Positions 26,049 to 36,843 of a stretch of 64,000 nucleotides of DNA are shown here, in pieces. The notes beneath the pieces are model-generated. The model was not told where the DNA came from. It saw nothing but the letters and a program-made list of their open reading frames with translations, and ran no database searches. Made by a program: the position numbers and the translations under genes. Numbering within the stretch: the stretch's first letter is position 1; every line of letters starts with the position of its first letter. The stretch comes from Patescibacteria group bacterium (GTDB lineage: Bacteria > Patescibacteriota > Patescibacteriia > UBA2591 > UBA6264). The stretch covers positions 90,367 to 154,366 of the forward strand of contig JADHVF010000001.1 in assembly GCA_016784145.1 (NCBI GenBank). Direction: 5' to 3'.

Positions 26049-26960
26049 ATGAAATACAAAAATGAAATAAAATTATATAAAAGAACAAGAGCATCTAGAC
26101 ATTCTACTAGTAGAAAAAGATTCTTGCGCAAGCGTAATAAAAAATTAAAAATTTTAATATTTATATTGGCAATAATATTGGCAATAATATTTATTTTTTA
26201 TTTTTTATTTTTTAGCAATTTTTTTAAAATTGATAAGGCAGCCATATCTTTTAATAACAGAAAATCTGAATTAATTTTAGAAGATGAAATTCAAGAAATA
26301 ATTTCTGATTTCATGAATAAAAAATATTTTTCTATTTTAGCTGGAAATAATTTAATTCTTCTTAAAACTAATTTACTTAAAAATAAAATTAAGCAAGATT
26401 CAAGAATAAGTTCTGTTTTTATTAATAAAAAATTGTTTCCTCGTTGCAAATTGCTTGTAAAAATAGAGCAAGTTGAACCAGTAGCTAATTTAATTATCTT
26501 GGGAGATAAAAAAATATATTATTTAAACTCTCTAGGACAGATAATTATGCCTTCTACTAATAATTCTGGCAATCAATTATTATATGAAATGCCTGTATTT
26601 TATGACCAGAGTTCTATAAATATAAAAAAAGCAAATGTGGTAAAATTTTTTAATAATTTATTGTCCTTTATAAATAATTCTATTTTAAAAAATATAAATG
26701 GAGTAAATATAAACAAAATAGACATAGACGAAGAGGGGAGTATACTAACAGCCAAAATGACAACAATAGATAATTGGCAAATATTTATTAACTCAGAAAT
26801 TAATATTAATGAACAATTAGTTAAATTAAATAAAATTTTATCGCAAAAAATTGGGATAGAGGAAAGAAAAGAATTAAAATATATTGACTTACGTTATGGC
26901 AACAAAATATTTCATAAATTCATAGATTTAGACGAAGAAGAAATAGAATCATTAGAATGA
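26049..26960 (+). CDS. FtsQ/DivIB-like cell division protein (TM plus POTRA-like region), tentative
   Basis: Basic N-terminus, single TM (ILIFILAIILAIIFIFYFLFF), then a beta-rich ~230-aa ectodomain. Confidence 0.4.
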   Translation: MKYKNEIKLYKRTRASRHSTSRKRFLRKRNKKLKILIFILAIILAIIFIFYFLFFSNFFKIDKAAISFNNRKSELILEDEIQEIISDFMNKKYFSILAGNNLILLKTNLLKNKIKQDSRISSVFINKKLFPRCKLLVKIEQVEPVANLIILGDKKIYYLNSLGQIIMPSTNNSGNQLLYEMPVFYDQSSINIKKANVVKFFNNLLSFINNSILKNINGVNINKIDIDEEGSILTAKMTTIDNWQIFINSEININEQLVKLNKILSQKIGIEERKELKYIDLRYGNKIFHKFIDLDEEEIESLE

Positions 26961-27045
26961 TATTGACAAAAGTGATTTTTTTTGATATATATTGATATGT
27001 TCATATAAAATTCATTAAAACAACAATTAAAGGAGGAATATCACA

Positions 27046-27345
27046 ATGAATCACACAGAAACAGGCAAGAAACGCGCCGTATTGATGCTAAAAGAGCTAA
27101 TTGACAAGCAATTTGATGCACGGGCCAAAGTTCGAACATCTATTGAATTCAAGAAGCAAAAATGCATTGCAGTATCATTAATTCTTGATAATACTATTTC
27201 ATCCAAAATACATTTTCAACCACCATTTGAATCATTTTTTGCTACTATTGACAAACCATCTAATGAAGATGATATAATGGAAACAATTGAAAGATGTGAT
27301 GGACGACAAGCATTTATTCTTTGTGAAAAAAAACAAGAGGGCTAA
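27046..27345 (+). CDS. Hypothetical protein (99 aa)
   Basis: Strong SD AAAGGAGGA 7 nt upstream. Has its own terminator. Locally higher GC than neighbours. Confidence 0.5.
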   Translation: MNHTETGKKRAVLMLKELIDKQFDARAKVRTSIEFKKQKCIAVSLILDNTISSKIHFQPPFESFFATIDKPSNEDDIMETIERCDGRQAFILCEKKQEG

Positions 27346-27364
27346 TAATTGGCCCTCTTTTTTG
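27334..27364 (+). terminator. Rho-independent terminator
   Basis: AGAGGGC (27336-27342), loop, GCCCTCT (27352-27358), then TTTTTT. Confidence 0.7.
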
Positions 27365-27469
27365 TATAAAATTAATTATTGAATAAAGAGTAGTGTTCAA
27401 GCGACGTAAAATGTATATTGTGCGACACTATCTATAACAAAACAGATACTACTCTCTCTTTATTTATTT

Positions 27470-27742
27470 CTATGGTAATATTGTTTTTTTAAGAAATGTT
27501 TCCTTTTCCGGGAAAAATACTCTTTGTTGCTGATGTTGCTCTATTTCAGCCCATATTTTAACATATTCTCTAACAAACACCGCTCCTAAGAAAAAAATTC
27601 CAAAAGTTATGATTCCCAACATAATTAAAGAAATAATTGGATGAATACTCTGCCTCCAAAAGCTGTTTAACCCATTTCTGTTATAATTTGACATAAATAA
27701 ATTTTTATAATAAATAATCTTCTGGATTAACTGGCATGCCAT
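27470..27742 (-). CDS. Small membrane protein, hypothetical
   Basis: A likely true start is the ATG giving MSNYNRNGL..., near 27694, since the ORF-track start overlaps the upstream gene by 38 nt. One TM helix. Confidence 0.4.
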   Translation of the reverse strand: MACQLIQKIIYYKNLFMSNYNRNGLNSFWRQSIHPIISLIMLGIITFGIFFLGAVFVREYVKIWAEIEQHQQQRVFFPEKETFLKKTILP

Positions 27743-28937
27743 TTAATCTTACCTCAAAATGTAAATGTGGTCCAGTGGAAAACCGACCAGCCCCATATGT
27801 TCCAGGCATCCCGCCTGTTCTAGCTACCCCCTGCCCTCTTTTTATGTATTCCCCTTCTTCCACTAAAAACTCACTCACATGTCCATATAAAGTTGAAAAA
27901 TCATCATTATGAACAAGCAATAAATAACTATATCCAAGCCCCGCATTACGTGTTTTAGCCACATATCCAGAGGCAGGGGCTCTAATAAGTGTTCCCTGAC
28001 TTGCTCTTAAATCTAGCCCCGAGTGTTCTCCTATCCAATTTCTATAAGGATAATCAGGGTCATGAAATCTAGATGTAATTCCCCTATTTGTTACAGGCCA
28101 TGAAAAAATAATAATACCAGCTGGTTCCATCAAAGTTTCTCCTGACTCTTCTTTTGCTAGTTTGGCCCTAATCTCTCTTTCCATGCTAGCTATTTCATTT
28201 TCAATTTGTTTGTTTTCAGCTAAAATCTCTGCTAATAAGCTTTGGAACTTCCATTCTGCTCCTTGTGTTTCTGCTAATATATTTTTTTTTGTCTGCTCGG
28301 TTGAACTTAGTCGAGATTTTTTATTTATCAATTCAGCATCCATGTCAATCAAGTCATTTAATTCAACTCTAAGATTCTTTTCTTGAATTTCAAGTCCTTG
28401 TTTGACAAATTTTATTTGTTTTAAAAAATGATTTGTTTTTGATTGAAGCGAATTTAAATATCTAATACTATTAAAAATGGCTGATATTGAGTCATTAAAT
28501 AAGATAATTTCTACAAAGCTTTGCTCGTCAGCAGAATTAATTGTTTGTAGGATATTTGATAAACTTGCTTTAATATTTATTATTTCTTTTTTATTATCTT
28601 CAATATTATATTGAATGTTTTTTATTGATAAATTTTTTGAATCAATTTTGACTTCTTGTTGTTGTATTTCTGTATTACTTTTAAATATTTGTATTTTTAA
28701 AATATCAATTTGATTTTTTAAGGTTACTGACTCATCTCTTTTTATATCAATTTTATCTTGATAAAATTCTTTCTGATTTTTTAAATCATTTATTTTTTGC
28801 TCCTTTGCTTTTATCTGTTTTTGAATTTCTTCTATTTCTTCTGAAAAAGAATTAGAAGCAAAAATATTTCTATTTTTAATAGGGGAAAAAATTATAATTA
28901 GTATAAAAATAAAAATTATTTTTTTATTATTTTTCAT
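27705..28937 (-). CDS. M23 family peptidase with long N-terminal coiled-coil (EnvC-like)
   Basis: Signal/TM, ~230 aa of coiled-coil (KEQKINDLKNQKEFYQDKID...), then M23 motifs HSGLDL, GHVSEF and GPHLHFEV. Confidence 0.8.
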   Translation of the reverse strand: MKNNKKIIFIFILIIIFSPIKNRNIFASNSFSEEIEEIQKQIKAKEQKINDLKNQKEFYQDKIDIKRDESVTLKNQIDILKIQIFKSNTEIQQQEVKIDSKNLSIKNIQYNIEDNKKEIINIKASLSNILQTINSADEQSFVEIILFNDSISAIFNSIRYLNSLQSKTNHFLKQIKFVKQGLEIQEKNLRVELNDLIDMDAELINKKSRLSSTEQTKKNILAETQGAEWKFQSLLAEILAENKQIENEIASMEREIRAKLAKEESGETLMEPAGIIIFSWPVTNRGITSRFHDPDYPYRNWIGEHSGLDLRASQGTLIRAPASGYVAKTRNAGLGYSYLLLVHNDDFSTLYGHVSEFLVEEGEYIKRGQGVARTGGMPGTYGAGRFSTGPHLHFEVRLNGMPVNPEDYLL

Positions 28938-30435
28938 TATTTTTTATTTTAATTAAAATTTGATTGAGTATATTTAATACTTTTTCTTTGCCAAAAATTT
29001 CAGCAATTTGTTCTGGTGGAGGAGATTGTTTTTGCTTGGTTAAAGCTACTCTAAGAGGCCAAAAAAATTCTCCTAAACTTGAACAATTAGCTGTCCTTTT
29101 TTTTAAAACTTTCCTGATTTTTTTAGCAGTAAACAATATTTTAGGAATGCTTGATAAATCTTGCTTAATTTGTTTCAAATTAATCGCTACATCATTGATA
29201 TCCATTTTTTTCCATAAAAGCATTTCTAAATCATATTTTAAGTTATCAACAAAAAAGAATTTACTTAAATCCCCTATTTCATTTAAATGCTTAATCCTGT
29301 CTTGCTCTAATTTTACAATTTTTTTTATCCTTTTAAAATTTATTAATTTGCCTGTAGCTTTTATCCTATATTTTTGTTTGTATTTGACTATTAATTCATC
29401 TTCAATCAAATAAGGAATACATTTGGTTGTTAATTTTTTTAATTTCATTTTTCTAATATAATGACCATTCATCCAATTAAGTTTTTTTAAATCAAAAATA
29501 GCGCCTGCTTTTTGAATATCTTTTAAGAAAAAATTATTAATTATTTGTTTTAAACTCAATATTTCTTTGTCATTATTGGGGTTCCATCCAAGTAATACTA
29601 AAAAATTAATTAAAGAGTTTTTTAAATATCCTTTTTTCAAATAATCTTCAACAGATACGCTTGCTTCTCTTTTTGATAATTTTGAACGATCAGTATTAAG
29701 AATAAGAGGCATGTGAGCAAATATTGGAATATTCCATGCCAATGCTTTATAAACCAGAATATGCTTTGGAGTTGATGACAACCACTCTTCTCCTCTAATA
29801 ACATGCGTAATCCCCATTAAATGGTCATCTATTACATTTGCTAGATGATAAGTCGGCCATTTGTCAGATTTTAATAAAATAGGGTCATCAACGTGTTTTA
29901 AATCAAATTTAACCTTACCTCTAATTTTGTCTTTGAATTCAATACTCCCCTGCTCGGGTACTTTTAATCTAATAACATATTGGTCTCCTCTTTTTAATTT
30001 TATATCTATTTCTGCTTGGGTTAGGTGTTTACATCGACGGTCATATTTTGGAGCTTGCTTCACAGCAATTTGTTTGGCTCTCATTTCATCCAGGTCATTT
30101 TTTGAACAAAAACAATAATATGCTTTATTTTTATCTATTAACTGGTAAGCTATTTTTCTATATGTCTCGACCCTAGTTGACTGATAATAAGGCCCTTTAT
30201 CCCATTTTAGTCCCATTTTTTTTAAAATTTTAATTAATTTTTTGTCAGCCCCTGGGATGTATCTCTCTCTGTCTGTATCCTCTATACGCAAAATTAACTT
30301 ACCTTTATTTTTTTTAGCATAAAGCCAATTATAAAGATAAGTCCTAAATCCTCCTATATGTAAATAGCCTGTTGGGCTAGGAGCAAAACGTACTTTGACC
30401 ATAAAAATATGTAATTTATTATTTAGTGCTTTCAA
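28927..30435 (-). CDS. gltX: Glutamate--tRNA ligase
   Basis: HIGH motif (PSPTGYLHIGG) and KLSKR (KMSKS-type), 502 aa. Confidence 0.9.
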   Translation of the reverse strand: MKALNNKLHIFMVKVRFAPSPTGYLHIGGFRTYLYNWLYAKKNKGKLILRIEDTDRERYIPGADKKLIKILKKMGLKWDKGPYYQSTRVETYRKIAYQLIDKNKAYYCFCSKNDLDEMRAKQIAVKQAPKYDRRCKHLTQAEIDIKLKRGDQYVIRLKVPEQGSIEFKDKIRGKVKFDLKHVDDPILLKSDKWPTYHLANVIDDHLMGITHVIRGEEWLSSTPKHILVYKALAWNIPIFAHMPLILNTDRSKLSKREASVSVEDYLKKGYLKNSLINFLVLLGWNPNNDKEILSLKQIINNFFLKDIQKAGAIFDLKKLNWMNGHYIRKMKLKKLTTKCIPYLIEDELIVKYKQKYRIKATGKLINFKRIKKIVKLEQDRIKHLNEIGDLSKFFFVDNLKYDLEMLLWKKMDINDVAINLKQIKQDLSSIPKILFTAKKIRKVLKKRTANCSSLGEFFWPLRVALTKQKQSPPPEQIAEIFGKEKVLNILNQILIKIKNNEK

Positions 30436-31300
30436 CTCTTTGCCAAATTTTTGCCAGTTTTGGTTGAAATATTTTTATTTTTAAAAAAATTAAAAACCAT
30501 AAATATATTCTAGCCAAAAAAAGTACAAAAGTCCAAAGAAATTCTTTAATTGTTTTAGGAAAAAATAAGAATAAAATTACTCCATCTTTTATTTCTTGCC
30601 AAAATGTTCTAGTTTTTAATTTATGATTAGTTGTTTGTATAAATTTTTGTTTATATCCTCCTGTTGACCTAAGTTTTTGCTTCATCCAGTCCTTAAAATT
30701 ATCAGGATACTTAACATAAACAATTGATTTAGGAGAATATGATATGTTATATCCCTTTGATTTGATGATTTGCGTTATTAATCCATCTTCTGCTAGAACA
30801 TTTTTTGGAATTTGGCTAATTATATTTCTAAATGAATATAAATATCCTGAACAAGGAAAGTTTGTTTTTGTCATTCTCCACTTATGAGCCGCATGAGTTA
30901 AAAAATGAGACCAATATCCTAGCATTTGTTTTCTTGAGTTAAGACTAACGGGCCTGCCAGTAATTGCTCCTATTTTTTTATCTTTAAATGGCCTTATAAG
31001 AGATTCAAGCCCTTTATTATCAATATAAACATCTCCATCAGTTAAAATTAAAATATCTCCTTTTGCTTTTTTAAAGGCGAGATTAAGGGCAGCTGGTTTA
31101 CCTTCTGCTTTGTCTTTTAAATATTTAATATATTTATATCTTTGAGATAATTTAGTCACAATTTTAGCTGTTTGCTTGTCAGGACCAATAACTAAAATTT
31201 CAATTTTATAATTTTTATCTAATCGGCTACGCAATATTTCATCAATTGCTTTTAAAAGAGTTCCCTCTTCTCTGCAGGTTGTAATAATAATAGAAATCAT
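30419..31300 (-). CDS. Family 2 glycosyltransferase
   Basis: MISIIITTCRE start, DGD (DxD) motif ILTDGDVYI, C-terminal TM. Confidence 0.8.
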   Translation of the reverse strand: MISIIITTCREEGTLLKAIDEILRSRLDKNYKIEILVIGPDKQTAKIVTKLSQRYKYIKYLKDKAEGKPAALNLAFKKAKGDILILTDGDVYIDNKGLESLIRPFKDKKIGAITGRPVSLNSRKQMLGYWSHFLTHAAHKWRMTKTNFPCSGYLYSFRNIISQIPKNVLAEDGLITQIIKSKGYNISYSPKSIVYVKYPDNFKDWMKQKLRSTGGYKQKFIQTTNHKLKTRTFWQEIKDGVILFLFFPKTIKEFLWTFVLFLARIYLWFLIFLKIKIFQPKLAKIWQRVESTK

Positions 31301-31445
31301 TTTATTTTTCTTTCAATATTATTTTATAATTATAGCATAATTACAAAATAATCAAAATGCTTTACCAAGTTAAAATATTTTAGTAAAATATAAAATAATT
31401 CTTAATTTAAAAATTTTAATTTTCTTTTCTTAGCACTCTATGTCC

Positions 31446-31473
31446 TTGACTGCTAATATTATTATGTTATAAT
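31446..31473 (+). promoter_or_regulatory. Sigma70 promoter TTGACT-N16-TATAAT, 7 nt before the clpB ATG (leaderless predicted)
   Basis: TTGACT 31446-31451, TATAAT 31468-31473, ATG at 31481. Confidence 0.45.
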
Positions 31474-31480
31474 ATATATT

Positions 31481-34096
31481 ATGAATAACTTTACTATCAA
31501 AGCGCAGGAAGCAATTCAAACAGCGCATAATATAGCAATTGAAAACAATCAACAACAAGTTGATGTAAGTCATCTAATACTTGCCCTGCTGACACAAACA
31601 GATGGTGTTATTTTAGCTGTCTTAAAAAAAATGGAAATAGACATAGCTAAATTAAAAATAAAAGCTGATAATTTAATTAAATCAGCTCCAAAAATTAAGC
31701 AAGAACAAACTGCTAATGTTGCAGAAATGTTTATTTCTCCCTTGCTTCAAAAAACTATATTCATGGCATCAAGAGAAGCAAAAAAAATAAAAGATGAATA
31801 TGTTAGTACAGAACATTTTTTTCTAGCAATTCTTACAATCCCCTCAACATTAAAAGATGCATTAAATAAAGAATTTCAAATTGATTATGAGAAAATATTA
31901 AAAATATTAGCAGATGTTCGTGGTTCTGAAAGAATAACTGAGCCAGACCCTGAGAGCAAGTATCAAGCATTAGAAAAATATACTGTAAATTTAACAAAAA
32001 TGGCTCGTAACGAAGAAATTGATCCAATTATTGGTAGAGATAATGAAATAAGAAGGATTATTCAAGTATTGAGTAGAAGAAAAAAAAATAATCCTGTTTT
32101 AATTGGTGAAGCAGGTGTTGGCAAAACAGCTATTGCAGAAGGATTAGCCCAAAGAATTGTAGCCAAGGATGTTCCAGAGTCATTAAAAAATAGAGAATTA
32201 GTTTCGCTTGACCTAGGAGGAATGATTGCTGGTACAAAATTTAGAGGAGAATTTGAAAGCCGATTAAGGGCAGTTTTAAGAGAAATAAAAAAATCAGGGA
32301 ATTATATCCTTTTTATTGACGAAATGCATACTTTGGTTGGTGCAGGTGGAGCAGAAGGGTCAATTGATGCTTCAAATATGTTAAAACCAGCCTTGGCCAG
32401 AGGAGAATTGCATTGCATAGGGGCAACAACCTTAAAAGAATACCAAAAACATATTGAAAAAGATGCAGCTTTAGAACGTCGATTTCAACAAGTTTACGTG
32501 AAAGAACCAAATATAGAAGATGCAATTACTATTTTGCGAGGGATAAAAGAAAAATATGAAATACATCATGGCGTAAGAATCACGGACAAGGCAATTATAG
32601 CTGCTGTTAATCTATCAAAAAGATATATAAGTGATCGATTTTTGCCAGATAAAGCAATTGATTTAATGGATGAAGCCTGTTCAGCACTAAGAATGGAAAT
32701 AGAAAGCCAGCCAGAAGAATTAGATAAATTGCAACGAAAATATAGACAAATTGAATTAGAAATTGCTGTTTTAAAAAAAGATAAAAAAGCCAAACAGCAA
32801 AAAGCAAAGTTAAACAAAAAATTAGCAAATTTAAGAGAAAAAATTAAAGCAATTAAAATTAGATGGAAGACAGAAAAAGACATTATTACTAAAATCCATA
32901 AAACAAAAGAAACTATTGATAAATTAAAACAAGAATCTGAAATTGCTGAAAGAGAAACAAAATTACAAAAAGTAGCCGAAATAAAATACGGATTAATCCC
33001 AGAATTAAATAAAAAAATAAAAACATATCAATCCAGATTAAAAAAGATTCAAAAAAATGAAAGAATATTAAAAGAAGAAATTGGAGAAGAAGAAATAGCT
33101 AAGATTGTATCTAGGTGGACAGGAATTCCAGTATCTAAAATGATGCAAGCAGAGAGCGAAAAACTAGCCAACATGGAACAAGAGATTCATAAAAGATTAA
33201 TTGGTCAAGCAAAAGCTGTCATGGCCGTTGCTAATGCAATTAGAAGGTCTATGGCAGGAATATCAGAAGAAAACAAACCAATTGGTTCATTTATTTTTCT
33301 TGGTCCAACAGGGGTTGGCAAAACAGAATTAGCAAAAAGTTTAGCAGAATTTTTATTTAATACTGAAGAAGCGTTAGTTCAAATAGATATGTCAGAATAT
33401 ATGGAAAGTCATGCTGTCTCAAAAATAATTGGGTCCCCTCCTGGTTACATAGGATATGATGAGGGGGGGCAATTAACAGAAATTGTTAGAAAAAGACCGT
33501 ATTCTGTAATTCTTTTTGATGAAATAGAAAAAGCCCATCCAAAAATATTTAATATTTTATTACAAATATTAGACGAAGGAAAGCTTACTGACGCTAAAGG
33601 CAGAACAGTTAATTTTAAAAATACTGTTATTATAATGACTTCGAATATCGGAACTGATTTAATAAAAGATTATTCATCAAAATCTAATATTGGATTTGAA
33701 TCAGAAAAAACCAAGCAAACGCAAGGAGAAATAATAGAGGAAAAGATTTATGAATCCCTAAGAAAAACATTTAAACCAGAATTTTTAAATAGAATTGACG
33801 AAACAATTATATTTCATACTCTCGCAAAAAAACATATTAAAAAAATTGTTGACTTGCAATTAAAAAAAGTAGCTATTAGATTAAAAACAAAAAAGCTTAA
33901 ATTAGTGGTTACAGATAAGGCAAAAGATCTTTTAACAGAGCTTGGGTATGATATAACATATGGAGCTAGGCCGTTAAAAAGAGTAATTCAAAAAGAAATT
34001 CTTGACAAACTTGCTTTAAAAATGATTAGTGGACAAGCAGACAAAAAAAGAGTCTTTAGGGTTGATGTAAGGAATAAAAAAATATTTATAAAATAA
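31481..34096 (+). CDS. clpB: ATP-dependent chaperone ClpB
   Basis: Clp N domain, two AAA+ modules ([16 protein letters not shown]) and a long middle coiled-coil, 871 aa. Confidence 0.9.
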   Translation: MNNFTIKAQEAIQTAHNIAIENNQQQVDVSHLILALLTQTDGVILAVLKKMEIDIAKLKIKADNLIKSAPKIKQEQTANVAEMFISPLLQKTIFMASREAKKIKDEYVSTEHFFLAILTIPSTLKDALNKEFQIDYEKILKILADVRGSERITEPDPESKYQALEKYTVNLTKMARNEEIDPIIGRDNEIRRIIQVLSRRKKNNPVLIGEAGVGKTAIAEGLAQRIVAKDVPESLKNRELVSLDLGGMIAGTKFRGEFESRLRAVLREIKKSGNYILFIDEMHTLVGAGGAEGSIDASNMLKPALARGELHCIGATTLKEYQKHIEKDAALERRFQQVYVKEPNIEDAITILRGIKEKYEIHHGVRITDKAIIAAVNLSKRYISDRFLPDKAIDLMDEACSALRMEIESQPEELDKLQRKYRQIELEIAVLKKDKKAKQQKAKLNKKLANLREKIKAIKIRWKTEKDIITKIHKTKETIDKLKQESEIAERETKLQKVAEIKYGLIPELNKKIKTYQSRLKKIQKNERILKEEIGEEEIAKIVSRWTGIPVSKMMQAESEKLANMEQEIHKRLIGQAKAVMAVANAIRRSMAGISEENKPIGSFIFLGPTGVGKTELAKSLAEFLFNTEEALVQIDMSEYMESHAVSKIIGSPPGYIGYDEGGQLTEIVRKRPYSVILFDEIEKAHPKIFNILLQILDEGKLTDAKGRTVNFKNTVIIMTSNIGTDLIKDYSSKSNIGFESEKTKQTQGEIIEEKIYESLRKTFKPEFLNRIDETIIFHTLAKKHIKKIVDLQLKKVAIRLKTKKLKLVVTDKAKDLLTELGYDITYGARPLKRVIQKEILDKLALKMISGQADKKRVFRVDVRNKKIFIK

Positions 34097-34101
34097 ATTT
34101 A

Positions 34102-35484
34102 ATGCCTAGATTTTTACACATACTATTAATTTCTATTTTAGGATTTCTATTTTTCCCTCTTAATGTCTTCGCTCTTTTTGAGCCAAATTATATTATTTCT
34201 GATCATGACCTAACTAATTATCAAGCAATGGATGTTGGACAAATTCAAGCATTTTTAGATAAAAAAGGAGGAGGAATTGCAAATTATTACACTAATGACG
34301 TTGATGGTATTAAAAAATCAGCTGCAACCATAATACATAGAGCCGGTCAAGAATATAAAATAAATCCAGAATTTCTAATAACATTATTACAAAGAGAAAA
34401 AAGCTTGATAACCAAGCAATCTCCTACACAAGATGATTATAATTGGGCTACTGGTTTTACTTGCTATGACTATCAATCCCCTGTTAGTAAATACAGGGGC
34501 TTTGCTTTGCAAGTAGATAGAGCTGCATGGAGATTTAATTATTATTTAGACCATCCTTGGCAATTTAGATATAAGATTGGAACAAAAACAACCACTCTTA
34601 TCAACTGGAAAGACCGCCCGCTTGTTCAAGAACACGGCCACATTATTTATCCTAGTAATATGGCCACGGCTGGTCTTTACAACTATGCTCCTCATCTTTT
34701 TGATAATTGGCTATTCAAAGAAATCTGGGATAATTGGTTTGTACAAGAGATTGCTAAAGAGACAAATGGGACAATTGTAAGAGCTGAAAATGAAGCAGGC
34801 GTTTGGCTTATTCAAAATAACAAAAAAAGACCCTTTCGCTCAAAAAGTGTTTTTTTAATTGGATATGATTTTAAAAATGTTAAAATAATAGACAAAGAAA
34901 AGCTTGATTCTTACGAGATTGGCGAACCAATGGGCTTTCCAAATTATTCTTTGATTCAATCCCCTGATAAAATAATATATATGATTGTTGAAGACAAAAA
35001 ACGCCCTATTTCAGAAGAAATATTTAAAGCAATTGGATTTCATCCTGATGAAATTATAGAAGTTGAATTTAATGATATTAATCTTTACAAGACAGGCAAT
35101 ACAATAAAATCACCATACCCAACCGGGGCCTTATTGCAGGACAGTAAAACAAATAGCGTTTTTTATGTTAAAGGAGATATCAAATATCCAATTATTGACA
35201 TAACAATTTTAAAAAACAATTATCCATATAGCTCTCTTATAAAAGTAGATTCAGACGAACTTAATCAGTATAAAATGTCTAGCCCAATTAAATTCAAGGA
35301 TGGATCATTGATAAAAATAGTAAATGATCCATGTGTCTATCTTATTAGCAATAGTAAAAAAATGCCTATTTTCTCGGAAGAAGTATTCAAAACAATGGGA
35401 TATCAATGGGAATCGGTTATTAATGTGTCAAAACCAGTATCAAATATACATGAATTAGGAGATGTTTTAATGATTACACAATAA
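34102..35484 (+). CDS. Secreted protein with four ~48-aa repeats also found in the 771-aa giant protein
   Basis: Signal peptide ...NVFALFEPN. C-terminal repeats of the pattern VY(L/V)IxNNKKRP(I/F)xSxxVFxxxGxxWxxVxxV...ELxxYxxG. Confidence 0.55.
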   Translation: MPRFLHILLISILGFLFFPLNVFALFEPNYIISDHDLTNYQAMDVGQIQAFLDKKGGGIANYYTNDVDGIKKSAATIIHRAGQEYKINPEFLITLLQREKSLITKQSPTQDDYNWATGFTCYDYQSPVSKYRGFALQVDRAAWRFNYYLDHPWQFRYKIGTKTTTLINWKDRPLVQEHGHIIYPSNMATAGLYNYAPHLFDNWLFKEIWDNWFVQEIAKETNGTIVRAENEAGVWLIQNNKKRPFRSKSVFLIGYDFKNVKIIDKEKLDSYEIGEPMGFPNYSLIQSPDKIIYMIVEDKKRPISEEIFKAIGFHPDEIIEVEFNDINLYKTGNTIKSPYPTGALLQDSKTNSVFYVKGDIKYPIIDITILKNNYPYSSLIKVDSDELNQYKMSSPIKFKDGSLIKIVNDPCVYLISNSKKMPIFSEEVFKTMGYQWESVINVSKPVSNIHELGDVLMITQ

Positions 35485-35488
35485 AATT

Positions 35489-36253
35489 ATGTTATCTTTT
35501 TCTGTTATAATTCCAAATATGCCAATTATTATTCCTGAAATTAATTCAGGCAAACTTGATTTATTCAAAAAAACAAATCATTCAATCAAAAATATATCTC
35601 AAGCAAAATCTTTATTAGCTCCTGATTCAATAATAGTTTTATCTAGTCATTTGCCAATTTTTAATAATGCTATGGCTCTTAATTTGTCTGAAGAATATAT
35701 TACTAATTTTGCTAAATTTGGCAATTTAAAAACAACAATTAAATTTAAACCAGCTATTGAACTCTCTCATAAAATTAAAGAAAAATTTGAAACAGATAAA
35801 ATTAAATTAACAATGATAACTCAAACAAATATCGACCATCAAATATCTATTCCTTTGTATTATTTTGATAAAAACTGTCCCATAGTGCCAATCTCTCATT
35901 CATGTTTGAGCCCCAAAGACCATTATAATTTCGGGAAAAAATTAAAACAAGAGATTTTATTTACAAATAAAAAAATAGGAATAATTGCTTCTTCTAATTT
36001 TTTTCATGGACCTAAAAATAACAAAGATGAAGTTAATAAAAAACTTATAAAATATATTAAAAAAAATCAAATTCATGATTTTTTAGAATTTTTAAGTAAA
36101 CTTATCGCGAGCAACAAAGAATACATGGACTTGCTGTCTTTATGTCTTCTTTTTGGTATACTATATAAAACAAATTATAAAACAAAAATTCTGTCCTATG
36201 AGTCAATGGATAATAAAGGATTTTTAGTGACAGACTTTGATATAATTAATTAA
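35489..36253 (+). CDS. Hypothetical protein (weak resemblance to Memo/LigB-type dioxygenase-fold proteins)
   Basis: Motifs IVLSSHLP and IIASSNFFHG. Assignment is weak. Confidence 0.3.
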   Translation: MLSFSVIIPNMPIIIPEINSGKLDLFKKTNHSIKNISQAKSLLAPDSIIVLSSHLPIFNNAMALNLSEEYITNFAKFGNLKTTIKFKPAIELSHKIKEKFETDKIKLTMITQTNIDHQISIPLYYFDKNCPIVPISHSCLSPKDHYNFGKKLKQEILFTNKKIGIIASSNFFHGPKNNKDEVNKKLIKYIKKNQIHDFLEFLSKLIASNKEYMDLLSLCLLFGILYKTNYKTKILSYESMDNKGFLVTDFDIIN

Positions 36254-36268
36254 CTTTTAATAAATATT

Positions 36269-36829
36269 ATGACTAATTATTATTTATGGATTTTAATAGG
36301 GATTATTGCTGTAATTATTTTATGGATAATTGCATCATATAATTCTTTAATTCGTTGGCAAAACAGAACAAAAGAATCATGGTCAGACATTGATGTTCAA
36401 TTGAAGCGTCGCTATAATTTAATTCCGAATTTAATTAAAACCGTCAAAGCATATGCTACTCACGAAAAAGAAGTTTTTGAAAAAGTTACAAAAGCCAGAA
36501 CAACAGCCATGGGAGCACAAAATCCAACTAAAAAAGCCAGTGCTGAAAAAGGTTTATCAGGAGCTTTAAAATCTCTTTTTGCAGTATCAGAAAATTATCC
36601 TGAATTAAAAGCATCTGCTAATTTTAAATCTCTTCAAGATGAACTTGTTGATACAGAAAATAAAATTCAAGCAGCTAGACGATTTTATAATAGTAATGTT
36701 CGAGACTTTAATACAAAACAAGAAATTTTCCCCACTAATTTAATAGCTCAAATATTTAATTTTAAAAAATCTGAATTTTTTGAACTTGAAGAAAAAGATG
36801 CTAGGACAGTTCCAGAAGTAAATTTTTAA
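36269..36829 (+). CDS. LemA family protein
   Basis: N-terminal TM plus IRWQNRTKESWSDIDVQLKRRYNLIPNL, a typical LemA sequence. Confidence 0.8.
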   Translation: MTNYYLWILIGIIAVIILWIIASYNSLIRWQNRTKESWSDIDVQLKRRYNLIPNLIKTVKAYATHEKEVFEKVTKARTTAMGAQNPTKKASAEKGLSGALKSLFAVSENYPELKASANFKSLQDELVDTENKIQAARRFYNSNVRDFNTKQEIFPTNLIAQIFNFKKSEFFELEEKDARTVPEVNF

Positions 36830-36843
36830 ATTTTAAATAGACC

